Shown here piece after piece: positions 1 through 10,697 of a DNA stretch of 64,000 nucleotides. The DNA comes from a virus, in the IMG/VR virus record IMGVR_UViG_3300042261_000588, positions 79,855-143,854 of that record. One strand, given 5' to 3'. The translations under genes and the position numbers were made by a program. Every line of letters begins with the position of its first letter. Within the stretch, counting starts at the first letter, position 1. Below the pieces are notes generated by a model. It ran no database searches and had not been told where the DNA came from. It saw only the letters and a list, made by a program, of their open reading frames with translations.

Positions 1-389
1 TTGACCGTCTGGATGTGATGACCCCAGACATGGACATCATTGATCTCAAGACGCAGAAGAACGCCTTTGAACCGGACGAGCTAAGTGATAATTGGCAGGC
101 TCGAATTTACAATATCGGCGCAAGGCGTCTTAGGCCGGACATAACAGGGATTGCTACCGTTTCATTTTGGGTATTGCGCCATCAGGTTCAGAGGGTTATA
201 CTAAATTCCCAAGATGCGGATAACGACATTATTCGTCTTGCGAGTATAGTAGATGAGATTCGTGCATGCAAGGACCCTGAAGGCAAGCCTTCTGGATTGT
301 GTCCTTGGTGTCCGTATGAGAAGCAGTGTCCTACGAAGAATGGCAATGCAAGGTATCGGTTGAAAAATGCAAAAAACAAAAAAGCGTAG
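1..389 (+). CDS. PD-(D/E)XK Cas4/RecB-like nuclease, C-terminal part (5' truncated by window)
   Basis: D..IIDLKT motif, Q..IY motif, C-terminal CPWCPYEKQC cluster. Confidence 0.75.
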   Translation, partial: DRLDVMTPDMDIIDLKTQKNAFEPDELSDNWQARIYNIGARRLRPDITGIATVSFWVLRHQVQRVILNSQDADNDIIRLASIVDEIRACKDPEGKPSGLCPWCPYEKQCPTKNGNARYRLKNAKNKKA

Positions 390-832
390 TCCGGCGCATC
401 ATTTATCTAAGGGGTTCCACCCGAGTTAAAAGAGAATTGCCAAAAGTTGAAGACTGGGGTTTGCACAGAATGTGGTATGTTCCCTTACAGTGGAAGGCTT
501 ACCAGAAAGCACAAGTGTTTGAAAAAGACTCCACAATTGTTTGTGTAGATGGTGATAATTTCCTGTTCGATTTACAATGTAAAATCAGTAGAAACAAAGG
601 AGACAGTATGGATCAGCTATGGATATGTGGAAAACTCATCGCCAAAGTTGAGTTTTCTGAAAGGAGCGAAGCGAGTGAAAGATAAACTCAAACGCCTTGT
701 TCGGCGTTTTCTATGGGGGTGGATTGGCTTGCTGGGCGACAATCTCATAGTGTGGCACGCCCGCAAGACAGGACGCCCCGGTGTGGAAAACTCGCCGGGA
801 CCAATTCAACAGTGGTGCAGGGAGCAGTGGCG

Positions 833-1054
833 ATGACGCCGAACAGTGAATGGGAAGATACTGGAATTGTGTGGGCATTTCAGGGAGTCTTCGATGATGA
901 AAAGAAGGCCGACGCTGCATGTAAGGATGCGAGCTATTTCATCTTCCCGGCAGTCTTGAATCAGGAATTGCCTCGTGAAGACAAGGATGCTGAAAACGTA
1001 AGGTTTCCTCGAATTGAAGAAGACATCCCTTCTGTCGAGCAAGAAGGAAAGTAG
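833..1054 (+). CDS. hypothetical protein
   Basis: ATG overlapping upstream TGA; protein-like composition. Confidence 0.5.
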   Translation: MTPNSEWEDTGIVWAFQGVFDDEKKADAACKDASYFIFPAVLNQELPREDKDAENVRFPRIEEDIPSVEQEGK

Positions 1055-1057
1055 GAC

Positions 1058-1654
1058 TTGAATATGTCAGAAGAACAAGAGAAGTATGTTGCCGGTCAGT
1101 CTTTTTGCGGGCTCGATCTTTCGTTGACCAACACAGGATTCTGTCTTAAAAATGGGAGCACTATAACCATTGACACAATCAAGACGGAGCCGAAGAACTT
1201 CAAGAACGACTTGGATCGTCTGATTCACATTAGGAATACCATTATCTCCAAGCTTCCAGTAGGTGTGAAAATGGTTTGCATCGAGGACTTTTTCGTACCA
1301 TCCAACAGACTTCAGATCGGGTCCGGCATAAAGTTGGCTATGTTAGGAACGGCTATTAGGTTGTCTCTGTATGAGAGAGGTATTCCTTTCGTGATCGTAT
1401 CACCCCTTCAGCTTAAGAAATTCGTCACCGGAAAGGGCGTTGGCGACAAGAGCATGATTCTACGGGAAGTTTTCAAACGATGGGGGATCGATGCCAAGGA
1501 TGACAATCAGGCAGACGCATCTGTTCTTTCGTATTTGGCAGAGGCATTACTATCTGAAATAACCGATGATACTCCAAAGTTTCAAGCGGAGGTCATTCGG
1601 ACTGTTAGGCAGGATAGACCCAGATACAATGTCAATGCAGAGTGGGCCGTATAG
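1058..1654 (+). CDS. ruvC: RuvC-like Holliday junction resolvase
   Basis: GLDLSLTNTG, CIED, LKKFVTGKG..DK, DNQADA motifs. Confidence 0.85.
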   Translation: MNMSEEQEKYVAGQSFCGLDLSLTNTGFCLKNGSTITIDTIKTEPKNFKNDLDRLIHIRNTIISKLPVGVKMVCIEDFFVPSNRLQIGSGIKLAMLGTAIRLSLYERGIPFVIVSPLQLKKFVTGKGVGDKSMILREVFKRWGIDAKDDNQADASVLSYLAEALLSEITDDTPKFQAEVIRTVRQDRPRYNVNAEWAV

Positions 1655-1806
1655 GGAAACAAATTGGGGGAAATAACATGGACAAAGAAACACTGAACGC
1701 GTACACTATCTGGATTGCTCGTGAGGCTATAGTGGGGGACAATACATTCGGCAGTCCGAGTTGCAAGTGCGGCGCTTGAGCAAGCAGAAGAGGACGAATA
1801 GGAGGA

Positions 1807-2793
1807 TTGTTCATGCTAAGATTCGATGCTCATTGTCATGTTTTTAATGGCCGAATTCTGGCCGATGCAACTAGGATGATGGCTAAGCCAGAAGTGGCCA
1901 AGGCTTCGTGGTTTAGTTGGATTACAGAGACTATCCTCAGTCTTATTCGATCTGAGTCTGGGAATAATCAATTCATCTGCAGGTCTATCAAGAGACGTTT
2001 TCCAGATGATACTCCTGCTACGATCCCTCTTGCAATGGACATACAATATCTCTTTACTCCTCCTTTGAAACAGTGTGAGATGTCTGGAGTCGAGGGCAAG
2101 CCACTTTCCATAAATTCTGGGCTGATGGATCAGATCAATGCTCTTAAGAAGCTATCGGCTCGTGGAAATTGCTTTCCATTCTTTCCAGTTGATCCTAGAC
2201 GGCCTGGAATCGTCAAGGCGGTGCTTGATGGCAATATTGTGACGAAGAAGAAGGGTGGGTTCTATGGAGTTAAGTTATACCCTCGCTTGGGGTATCATCC
2301 TCAATCAAGCAATCTATGTGACCTCTATCGCTACTGTGAGGCCAAGAAGATTCCCATAACATCACATGCTGGTGCGGGTGGATTTCCACCATTCGGAACG
2401 AATTCTGGCTGGTTCTCAAACCCCGAGGAATTCAGGCCAATCTTAAATCAGTTCCCTGATCTGAGAATCGACTTCGCACACTGGGGAATTGGGAATGATG
2501 CGTGGTCTGAATCAATTCTGTCGTTGATGCATGACTTTCCGAATGTCTACTCCGACTTGGCGTGTTTCAACTCGCCGGGAGACTTACCCAAATTCATTCG
2601 TAAGTATCTGGGGAATTCTCTTGTTCTCAAAAGGACCTTGTATGGAAGCGATTTCGATGTGTTCTACCTTACAGAAACAAAATTCGATATGGATTCATAT
2701 TTGGATTCATTTATCAATCTAGTAGGGATGGATGATTTGGATAGTATGATGTGTTTGAATCCGGTAAAATTTTTAGGTATCGAGCCGAGATAG
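1807..2793 (+). CDS. amidohydrolase family (TIM-barrel metal-dependent hydrolase)
   Basis: DAHCH, GVKLYP, ITSH, DFAHWG, NVYSDLA, YGSDF motifs. Confidence 0.85.
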   Translation: MFMLRFDAHCHVFNGRILADATRMMAKPEVAKASWFSWITETILSLIRSESGNNQFICRSIKRRFPDDTPATIPLAMDIQYLFTPPLKQCEMSGVEGKPLSINSGLMDQINALKKLSARGNCFPFFPVDPRRPGIVKAVLDGNIVTKKKGGFYGVKLYPRLGYHPQSSNLCDLYRYCEAKKIPITSHAGAGGFPPFGTNSGWFSNPEEFRPILNQFPDLRIDFAHWGIGNDAWSESILSLMHDFPNVYSDLACFNSPGDLPKFIRKYLGNSLVLKRTLYGSDFDVFYLTETKFDMDSYLDSFINLVGMDDLDSMMCLNPVKFLGIEPR

Positions 2794-2805
2794 AAGGAGT
2801 GGGAT

Positions 2806-3027
2806 ATGCCTCGTAAGATCGTCGACAGTTCATGTAATCAGAGAACTCTTTGGGAGATCAAGGTGCCTAATCGGGAGCCTAATCGGGAGCCAGCTTCAGG
2901 CGTTACTTGTCCGTCATGTGGCGGAGAAATGACCAGAGGTTCGGTTCCTTGTCCAGATGGTAAGCCTTGGTGCATTGTCAATCATCAAGGACTTCAGTGT
3001 TCTAAATGCAGTAAGTTTTGGAATTGA
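2806..3027 (+). CDS. small zinc-ribbon protein
   Basis: CPSC...CSKC; GGAG RBS. Confidence 0.55.
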   Translation: MPRKIVDSSCNQRTLWEIKVPNREPNREPASGVTCPSCGGEMTRGSVPCPDGKPWCIVNHQGLQCSKCSKFWN

Positions 3028-3363
3028 TTGGAATATAAAATGAGTGTTTATCTTGCACACCTGATCGGCGACTACCTATTGCAAACGGACCGGATGGCTA
3101 TCGGGAAGAAGAAGTCGTCTTGGATTTGTCTCGTTCATGTTCTGACATATTTGATTCCATTTATATTCACGCCATTGGTTTGGTGGAAGCTGGCTCTGAT
3201 AGGGCTACAGCACTTCTTACAGGACAGATGGAACTTCGTTCCTTGGTTTATGTGTGTTAAGGGTAGTGGTCAGTTTACCCTCCCTCCTTGTGGTCCATGG
3301 TCGGTGATTGTGACCGATAACATCCTACATATCTTGTTTATCGCTTGGATCGCTTCGATCTGA
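3028..3363 (+). CDS. DUF3307-like membrane protein
   Basis: AHLIGDYLLQ...H..QD...DNILH motifs, hydrophobic. Confidence 0.75.
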   Translation: MEYKMSVYLAHLIGDYLLQTDRMAIGKKKSSWICLVHVLTYLIPFIFTPLVWWKLALIGLQHFLQDRWNFVPWFMCVKGSGQFTLPPCGPWSVIVTDNILHILFIAWIASI

Positions 3364-3365
3364 AA

Positions 3366-4334
3366 TCAGATCGCCTGCTCAAGCGAGTCAGTCAAGACAG
3401 TCCGTAGTGTCCTAATCGGAGAGGGCGGACGACCACTGAACGTGAAGTGTAGAGAATCACCAACCTTCATTTTAGCCCATCGAATCTCTTTCATTGCTTT
3501 TCGGATCGCTTTCATTGTCAAGCAGTGTTGTTCGACAGTTATCCCAATATGTTTCTTGAGCTTATCTAGACCGATAAAGTAATGATTTCTACCCGCTTGC
3601 ATTCCCAACCAAAGTCTTAGACAAAGCACACACATGGAGTTTGTTTCTACTTCGTTTAATGGGACGAACCATGGATTTTCATTCAGCATGTTCAAGTATT
3701 CTTTCGATATATGAATTTCAATACTATGATCTTGTCGATGATGACCACAGATAACGCCGACGACTTGGAGTTGATTGAGAGCATCATCTAATGACGCGAA
3801 GAATGATTTTCCAGGTTTCTTACCAATCAATTCTGCAAAACGTCTACGATGTACGTTCAAAATCCTACTTTCGACATGACCGTTCATCAAGTGCCAGCCA
3901 ATACCTAGTAGAGTTTGATAAGCAATCAATCCAACCGTCCCTGCTCGCCGAATCTTCGTCGAATGATTGGGAATGAGATTAAGCATTCGAGGGATGACAC
4001 ACCAAGTGTCTTTGTTGACCGGCTGATAGGAGGTTGATAGGACTCTTCCAGGATGTCTGGACTCATGGCATTTAAGACAAAGGGAGTAACCTTCCAACAT
4101 GTCGTTCTCGTGATAGGAGATAGCATGGTTGAATGTTTCCTCCTCATCTCCGTAAAACTTCCATAGCCCTAAAAGAACATGATAGAGATCGATCATGTGA
4201 TGCGTTTCAAGCTTCTCAGTGGAATGACATTTAACACAAGCGATGCCACGATTACGTTTCTCCCATCCAGAATATGCCAGAGATGAACGAACTCGATGGT
4301 CTAATGTTTTGAGGATAACTGATTGATTTTGCAT
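3366..4334 (-). CDS. HNH-like zinc domain fused to Rep_3/TrfA-like tandem winged-helix (candidate replication initiator)
   Basis: CVKC..LETHH...CLKCH N-terminus; FAELIGKKPGKSFFASLDDALNQL and IGLDKLKKHIGI resemble WH1/WH2 of Rep proteins. Confidence 0.55.
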   Translation of the reverse strand: MQNQSVILKTLDHRVRSSLAYSGWEKRNRGIACVKCHSTEKLETHHMIDLYHVLLGLWKFYGDEEETFNHAISYHENDMLEGYSLCLKCHESRHPGRVLSTSYQPVNKDTWCVIPRMLNLIPNHSTKIRRAGTVGLIAYQTLLGIGWHLMNGHVESRILNVHRRRFAELIGKKPGKSFFASLDDALNQLQVVGVICGHHRQDHSIEIHISKEYLNMLNENPWFVPLNEVETNSMCVLCLRLWLGMQAGRNHYFIGLDKLKKHIGITVEQHCLTMKAIRKAMKEIRWAKMKVGDSLHFTFSGRPPSPIRTLRTVLTDSLEQAI

Positions 4335-4355
4335 GTTCGATTATACTCTTGATAC

Positions 4356-4500
4356 TTACACTCACGAAATGCGGTATTTACACTCACTTTGGGTTTTTTA
4401 CAGCAAATTTTATAATCTGTTGTCGTGTGGGTGGTTATGGTCTGTTTTTCGAACAAACGATTTATAGCTTTTCAGGTGGTTATTATATTATTACACTCAT
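4356..4500. repeat. three TTACACTCA direct repeats in AT-rich divergent intergenic region (iteron/operator-like)
   Basis: copies at 4356, 4378, 4491. Confidence 0.55.
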
Positions 4501-4586
4501 ACTTTGCTGTATTCGGCAGTAGTTTCCTGCAAATAACTGTGATAATTTTTCGATATTTTACTAAGTGTTAGTGGGGAGTATAATTT

Positions 4587-4973
4587 ATGAGATCAGAGAG
4601 AATAGCAAATAGCTTAGTTAAGCGGATTACTGGTAATTACTCTGTTTTTGGGTGGAATCATGTAGTTGATGGGATGGTAGATCGATTGGAAGACCTATCT
4701 TCTGAAATAAGTATTTCCAAGTTTGATAATCTGGATGCTGTAGCTGGATGGTCCAAGCTGGTCGAGAGGGAACAGATCGACTTATACGACGAGGTATTAT
4801 CTCGTGAGGTTGACGAACTTAGGGGTGAGTTGGCAAATATCTTAAATGAGGCAGAGTCAATCAATCGTTGGTGGAGCGACGAATTGAGAAAAATGAAGCA
4901 GAAATGTCAGAAGGTATCGAAAGACATGCTTAGTTTAGCCGCTAAGTTCAAGAAAATGGAGAAAAGATCATGA
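4587..4973 (+). CDS. tagged hypothetical protein (N-terminal ERIANSLV helix)
   Basis: ORF with GGAG RBS; shared tag. Confidence 0.65.
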   Translation: MRSERIANSLVKRITGNYSVFGWNHVVDGMVDRLEDLSSEISISKFDNLDAVAGWSKLVEREQIDLYDEVLSREVDELRGELANILNEAESINRWWSDELRKMKQKCQKVSKDMLSLAAKFKKMEKRS

Positions 4974-5464
4974 ATAGAGAAGAGCGGATTATTGGTCGTG
5001 TAGCTAGTAAGTCTCTAGAGAGTTGGCAGATGATGGACATCAGTAAGGTATTGCGTAGAGAGCAAAATTTAAGGGGGAAGATAGCTGATGCGATTAGAGA
5101 CATCAAGACATGGATGGCAGACATACGACATGATAACACGATGAAGATGGCGGCAGAGGAAGCGATGAGTGCGCTCGTAGGTGCATTGAAGGCGACGGAC
5201 ATACTAATTGGCATTAGTTTGGGTGAGATGCATGGGGAGATGACTTATCTAGCCGGAGAGAAGACGGCTGCGAACAATTGGATGAATATAATTCACATGA
5301 GGAGGGATTTAGATGATATGGTGGCACAAGCTAAGATGTGGGTAAGAAGCGAAAAGGATGCAACATCTGATGGTGGTTTTTCAAATGTTAAACATTATGA
5401 GTCTGTAGTGAGTGCTCTCGCCGAGTGCTCTGACAAACTTCGTAAAGTCGAACATATCACCTAA
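4970..5464 (+). CDS. tagged hypothetical protein (MNREERIIGRVAS)
   Basis: ORF, shared tag. Confidence 0.7.
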   Translation: MNREERIIGRVASKSLESWQMMDISKVLRREQNLRGKIADAIRDIKTWMADIRHDNTMKMAAEEAMSALVGALKATDILIGISLGEMHGEMTYLAGEKTAANNWMNIIHMRRDLDDMVAQAKMWVRSEKDATSDGGFSNVKHYESVVSALAECSDKLRKVEHIT

Positions 5465-5484
5465 TAAAAACTGGAGAAATTTCT

Positions 5485-5871
5485 ATGAAAGATGTTGATA
5501 AGATTATTGAGCGTGTAGCCAAGGGGGTTACTGGGGCTGGCAAGTGGGGTTGGGAAATATTTGAAGTCAATAAGACAGGGGCCTTGCTTCAAATCAGACA
5601 TGATACATTGGCGAGATTCATCAAATTGGGAGAGTTGACTAGAATCACGAATGAGATGGCTGGAAAGGTTAGGTCTGATTTGGCTCAGTTGGTAGCTTAT
5701 GGGTTATCGATCAACATGGCGAAAATAGAGATTGGTGAGAAAGAAGTTGCTATCGAGGATGGCAAGATCACTATTTTTGTTAATGTGACTGTGAAGTGGT
5801 TGCCGGGAGAACAAAATATAGTCTGGGAAGATATTTATGAGGGGATGCGAGATAATGGGCTATTGCGTTAA
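5485..5871 (+). CDS. tagged hypothetical protein (DKIIERVAK)
   Basis: ORF, shared tag. Confidence 0.7.
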   Translation: MKDVDKIIERVAKGVTGAGKWGWEIFEVNKTGALLQIRHDTLARFIKLGELTRITNEMAGKVRSDLAQLVAYGLSINMAKIEIGEKEVAIEDGKITIFVNVTVKWLPGEQNIVWEDIYEGMRDNGLLR

Positions 5872-5946
5872 GAAATATTGGGAGTCGGTAATTATCAAGC
5901 CATTGGTCGACGAGTGGGTGTACGGTGATAATTAGGAGTTAAGAAT

Positions 5947-6573
5947 ATGAATAGAGAAGTGAAGATAGCTAATCGGGTGATGATGGCGGCGACGTTTTCT
6001 CAGTTTGAGCAAGCTCTTAAGCAGCATGACTGGACGTATAATTACAGTGATGATGGTAGGGTATGGCGTCGTGGCGAGGCACAAGCCAAGGATATTGAGT
6101 CTATGGCTAAGGAGTTGGTATTGGTTGATGCTGATCGGACGGTTGATTTATACAACAAGTATGGTCGAGAAGGATGGAGCGGGGACTGGACTGATGTTAC
6201 GGCTGATAAGTGGATGAATATTCATAGGCATGAGGCTGAGTTGGCGGCGTATCGCAAGACATTGGAAAAGGAGATACGGGAAGGTGGGCGTTTATTTGGT
6301 ACGCCTATAGCGGGGAAGTGGTCAGATAATGGATGGATTGGGTATCCGCCGAATTTCACGTTATTAGTTCGAGGAAAGGATCATTCTGAGTTCACCATTG
6401 TATTATCTGGTACGGGTCGTGGGAGTCATTTAGCGATTCGGAAGGGGACATTGGTAGCACAGGAGAAGGTGGAAGGGTATTACAGCATCGTGGGTGGGGT
6501 AAAGCCAGAGGAAGTTGCTCGAACGATTCAGAAGATGTATAAGGATTTGGTAGAGAGAGGGGTTATTGAGTGA
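5947..6573 (+). CDS. tagged hypothetical protein (MNREVKIANRV)
   Basis: ORF, shared tag. Confidence 0.7.
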   Translation: MNREVKIANRVMMAATFSQFEQALKQHDWTYNYSDDGRVWRRGEAQAKDIESMAKELVLVDADRTVDLYNKYGREGWSGDWTDVTADKWMNIHRHEAELAAYRKTLEKEIREGGRLFGTPIAGKWSDNGWIGYPPNFTLLVRGKDHSEFTIVLSGTGRGSHLAIRKGTLVAQEKVEGYYSIVGGVKPEEVARTIQKMYKDLVERGVIE

Positions 6574-7274
6574 TACCTCGTGGGATACAGGCATGGAGCA
6601 AGAACAAGAAGGTGGAGCGGACAGCACCTGGTTCCAAGAATCATTACAAGGTCACTTACTGGGATGGGCAGGAGAAGTGGACGGATCAATACCCCGGAGC
6701 CGGGAAGCCGGGTAAAAGAGAACAAAAACTGGAAAATAAGAAGCAGGGAAGACCATCGGTTCAGGATGCAAAGGGGACATTGGCAGCAGCAGTGAAGAAG
6801 TATGTTAGTGGAGGGGAGAAGGGAATATTAGAGAATGCTGTAGATAATGTGATTGTTCACTTAGGTCGTGAGATGGCTAAAGAGACAATCAGAAAATATC
6901 TGAAAGAGAACAAGACAGATGAAGATGGGAAGGTGAAAGAGGCGCAGGGTGTGATACGGGATCGGATGACGGACAAACTAAGGGGCAAGAAGGTTATGAA
7001 TGGCAGGATAGACAAGATAGCGAGTCGAGTGGCGGGTTCTACTTATCCGACTATGCAGCAGGTAGAACATGCCGAGTTGTATCAGTTGGTGCATTGGAAT
7101 CGGTATTTGCCTAGTCCGGGAGAATGGGCGATAGGCGGTAGGAATAGGGCAGAATTTGAGAGGGCGTTAAATCACGAGGCACCGATCATCACTCGGATCG
7201 TCGAAAGAATTAAGGAATTGGGTGGTATCACGCCATCAGTGAGTAAGGCGGTTGGTTGGGATAGGTATCGGTAG
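6570..7274 (+). CDS. hypothetical protein with internal RIDKIASRVAG tag
   Basis: ORF, shared tag. Confidence 0.65.
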   Translation: MIPRGIQAWSKNKKVERTAPGSKNHYKVTYWDGQEKWTDQYPGAGKPGKREQKLENKKQGRPSVQDAKGTLAAAVKKYVSGGEKGILENAVDNVIVHLGREMAKETIRKYLKENKTDEDGKVKEAQGVIRDRMTDKLRGKKVMNGRIDKIASRVAGSTYPTMQQVEHAELYQLVHWNRYLPSPGEWAIGGRNRAEFERALNHEAPIITRIVERIKELGGITPSVSKAVGWDRYR

Positions 7275-7569
7275 GGGGCTAGGACCGTCAAGGCGTGGCT
7301 TTATAGGTAGGGGCTATGGCCATGGTAGTGGGGCAGGGCATCAAAACTCGATTTTAAGGGCTCTGGGTGTGTTGTGGCTTGAATAAAGAAAGAGTAGAGT
7401 TTAGAAATGATTATTTTAAGATATTGGCTTTGTTTTTGTGAGTGGTTATTACGATTAGGGAGGACGCTAGAAGTTATAGCAGATGAGGAGAAGACAATCT
7501 AGAGGTTTAAAATGAATTGGGTATCAAGCAATTCATATGGGTATTTTATTAGGAATTGGGGATAGAGTA

Positions 7570-9381
7570 ATGGGATTGGAGAGGACAAACAGGATTCGAA
7601 GGATGGTCTCAAGTCTCATGGTGACAGCCTCAGAGATTTTAGGTAGCTCTGCGTGGATGAAGGGGTGGATTGATCCACACGGGAATTTTCATGCGATTCC
7701 TGGTGGATTAACGCATGAACATCTTGCTCGTAAAATATGGGATGGGAAGACTGAGACAGAGGATATGGCATCTCCGCTTTGGGGATCAAAACAGATGTAT
7801 AAAAATGGGTGGGCTAGGGTAGTCCCATATGGGAGAGACACGCTTTCAGCGGAGGTTTCTAGAGGAGTTCGATCACTAACATACTCTCAGCTTGAAAAGT
7901 TAAAGGACTTGGCGATAGAAGAAGGGATGACTAGCATAAGATTGGATAATGGAAACTCATTGACGGCAATCTGGGAGGACGAAGATTTGTTGGTTGCTCG
8001 ATCCAAAGTTGGTTTTGAGTTCCCTTCACAGGATGCCATGAGCAAATACCTTAAGGATCATCCCAAGGCGAAGAAAGAAAATCATTGGGTTCAAGATCAA
8101 AAACCGAAGAAAAATCTTCAGGAAAATGCTCCTAAAACTGAAGAAAAAGCTGATGATTCTGGCAAGGCTGGGAAATTCAGAGTGCCGGAACACAAGTTGT
8201 TGAAGTTCGAAATGGACGGGGATTTGGGGAACATGGACAATTGGAGGGCAAGGATAGTTCTCGGCAACTCGATGGGCGAAGACAAGAAGGTCGGGGATAT
8301 GGATAAGATCGGTTATGTGGCGTTCAGCACGGTGAATGATGAGATTGTGCCGATAGCGAGAGCCGACGAGCATCAGGCAGGATATGAGTTGTTATATCAT
8401 CTGGATAAGAATGGTGCGATCAGGAGCAGACCACAGGATTTTATCACATTGTTTAATGGAAGCAATTATCCGCATTGCACGACGAAAGATACGAAGGCGT
8501 ATGCAAGTGCGGTGAAGAAGTGGTTGGCTTGTGGTGGTCCAAATGTGTGCGTTCACTCCCAGAAAAATGGAAAGAATTATGTGACTGACATGGAAGAATA
8601 TGCGGCATTAGGGGGAGATGTGCCGTATGAACAAAAGGGACCGTCAAAGGCTGGGCGTGAGATTTTAGATCACTTGGAAGGTGCGATTGGTAGTTTAAGA
8701 GAAGGTAAGGATAAAGAAGCCCTTGAACATGCTAAAAAGTTAGCAAATAGGTTAGAAGTTTTTAGAAGTTATGTAGGTTATCCAGACGTATTTATTGATG
8801 AGTTGGATAAGATGGAGAAGGACAGGGATATATCGGGTCTTGGCAGGGCAATTAAGGCAGTAGCGAAAGATATTTGGGATCATCTCAAAGAGGAACGTGA
8901 TCGTAAATATTCGTATGTGTCGGGGCTTTACGGAACAGGAGATGATGCAGATAAGAGGTTGGAGAAAGCGGCTGGTGCAGACACAGAGCCTCCTAAGAAG
9001 GAAGGCGAGACCGAGAGACCTCGTTTATCTGATGTTGGGCATAATATCGTTAGTCATTTAGAGAAGGCGGCGAAGGCAGGAATTCAGGAATTTGGCCGTG
9101 GAATTGATCGAATGAAAGATTCGGCAATGGATTTAATTTTTTATTTACAGCCTATGATGGAGGATGTAGATGATTTAGGACCTGCCTTAGAGAGATTGCA
9201 TCGTGCGATGGCAGGGGAGGATAGTGACGAGATACAACAAGCGTTGTTCTCGTATAACGGGGTTAAGAATTTATTGCATCAGCGGTTGAGGAAGTTGATG
9301 GCGGATGGTGTGGTGAAGGACAAGCATTTTGGAGATGTGAAGTCGGCTTTTGAGGAGTTTGAGAGGTTGGGACAGATTTGA
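7570..9381 (+). CDS. multidomain tagged protein
   Basis: long ORF; GWIDPHGNFH..H..GWARV domain; EFPSQDAMSKYLKDHP module. Confidence 0.7.
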   Translation: MGLERTNRIRRMVSSLMVTASEILGSSAWMKGWIDPHGNFHAIPGGLTHEHLARKIWDGKTETEDMASPLWGSKQMYKNGWARVVPYGRDTLSAEVSRGVRSLTYSQLEKLKDLAIEEGMTSIRLDNGNSLTAIWEDEDLLVARSKVGFEFPSQDAMSKYLKDHPKAKKENHWVQDQKPKKNLQENAPKTEEKADDSGKAGKFRVPEHKLLKFEMDGDLGNMDNWRARIVLGNSMGEDKKVGDMDKIGYVAFSTVNDEIVPIARADEHQAGYELLYHLDKNGAIRSRPQDFITLFNGSNYPHCTTKDTKAYASAVKKWLACGGPNVCVHSQKNGKNYVTDMEEYAALGGDVPYEQKGPSKAGREILDHLEGAIGSLREGKDKEALEHAKKLANRLEVFRSYVGYPDVFIDELDKMEKDRDISGLGRAIKAVAKDIWDHLKEERDRKYSYVSGLYGTGDDADKRLEKAAGADTEPPKKEGETERPRLSDVGHNIVSHLEKAAKAGIQEFGRGIDRMKDSAMDLIFYLQPMMEDVDDLGPALERLHRAMAGEDSDEIQQALFSYNGVKNLLHQRLRKLMADGVVKDKHFGDVKSAFEEFERLGQI

Positions 9382-9485
9382 TTTCATCTGGGATATTTGC
9401 GAGCTAACAAATAACCTTGCCAAAAATGCAATCTGGTATGTTATGCGGACGGTATCCTGGATGGATTTTCAAGAGGAGGATGAGG

Positions 9486-9992
9486 ATGAGTATTGCAAGC
9501 GACATTGTTTCAGTAGCCAAGGACTTAATAGCTGGTGAAGGTTTGTTCGACATAATGTCAGAAATGATGAAGGGCATGAAGATAATGATCTACACGCCAG
9601 ATGTAGGTGATGTTCAACTTATTGGAGGTAGTTATGCTCCTTCTCCAACTACTTTCATACCACGGAGAAAGAGTTGTGTGGCTATGCTTGTTTCGAGTAT
9701 CACAGTAATGCCAGAGAGGCCGTATATCAATGCGGAGGTTGTGCCGGGTCGGCGATACATGATGGTTATTACTATAACGACCGCTGGTGGTCACATGTCA
9801 GATAAGATTGAGGCCCCGCTGATTTTGAGGGCTAACGCCGAGGATGATCTTAATCGGTTTTTACAAACATATGTTCCTCATTTGGTTTCTAGATATTTGC
9901 GGGAACATGGAGCGAAGATGATGGAAGTGAGTGAAGGGATTCACAAGAGCATTTCAGAGATGTATGACGGTGGTCGTGACATGGGTGACTGA
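9486..9992 (+). CDS. tagged hypothetical protein (IASDIVSVAKDLIA)
   Basis: GAGGAGG RBS, shared tag. Confidence 0.65.
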   Translation: MSIASDIVSVAKDLIAGEGLFDIMSEMMKGMKIMIYTPDVGDVQLIGGSYAPSPTTFIPRRKSCVAMLVSSITVMPERPYINAEVVPGRRYMMVITITTAGGHMSDKIEAPLILRANAEDDLNRFLQTYVPHLVSRYLREHGAKMMEVSEGIHKSISEMYDGGRDMGD

Positions 9993-10141
9993 TAAAGGAG
10001 ACGACCATGAAGACGAGAAGAGGATCAGATACAGAGGTTTTTAGGAGGATGTTGTAGACTTAGAATATCTGAATGATGGATTGGATCACTTACTTCTTTA
10101 TCATTAAAGAATCACTATAAGACTCTTAGTGAAAGGTTTTT

Positions 10142-10363
10142 ATGATTATTGATCCATGGCTTAGTGTAGATCAAGTTGGGTTGGTATGCCAGTCTTGTGC
10201 CGAGTCTATGAAGAACAAGGGGATTAAGGCGATCAGGGCGTCTGTGTTGAGGAATGCTCAGATAACGTGGCAGGAGTGTGTGGACAAAGCGATTAAGAAG
10301 AATATGGCGAAGGATGCTGGCGCGTTGTGTGGATGGTTGAAGAGTAGGGATCAGAGTGTCTAA
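10142..10363 (+). CDS. small Cys-rich hypothetical protein
   Basis: ORF with RBS; CQSC. Confidence 0.55.
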   Translation: MIIDPWLSVDQVGLVCQSCAESMKNKGIKAIRASVLRNAQITWQECVDKAIKKNMAKDAGALCGWLKSRDQSV

Positions 10364-10697
10364 ACAGGGGGAATCATGAATAGGGAAATCTAGGATTGCC
10401 GAGCGGATTGTTGCGAGGTATCCTGATACAGCCAACAGAGCAGGAGCGTAACTCTGGCGTGAGCAGGCAGAGGAGCCTCGACGGAAAGAGGGAATTCGTC
10501 CTCGCAAGGAAGATTAGGTCATCTATAGATGCCAGCGACGTGAATTTAGAGAGGATAAGCTATGAAAAAAAGTAAAAACGGGAAGGGTAAGATTTTTATC
10601 GACTTGCTTTTAATTCTTCTCGTTGCTTGTTTTTTTATGGGTTTGATTCTGTTTTCTTTTCAGGGTTTGTCTAACATTCTTAATTCGGGAGTAGCGA

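Noticed and set aside
1-389. Cas4-like gene as sign of CRISPR-Cas
   Set aside because: No repeat-spacer array or other cas genes in the window; solo Cas4-like nucleases are common in phages
10377-10452. MNRE/SRIAERIVAR tag split by a one-base frameshift as programmed frameshifting
   Set aside because: The downstream frame is short and scrambled; looks like a decayed tagged gene
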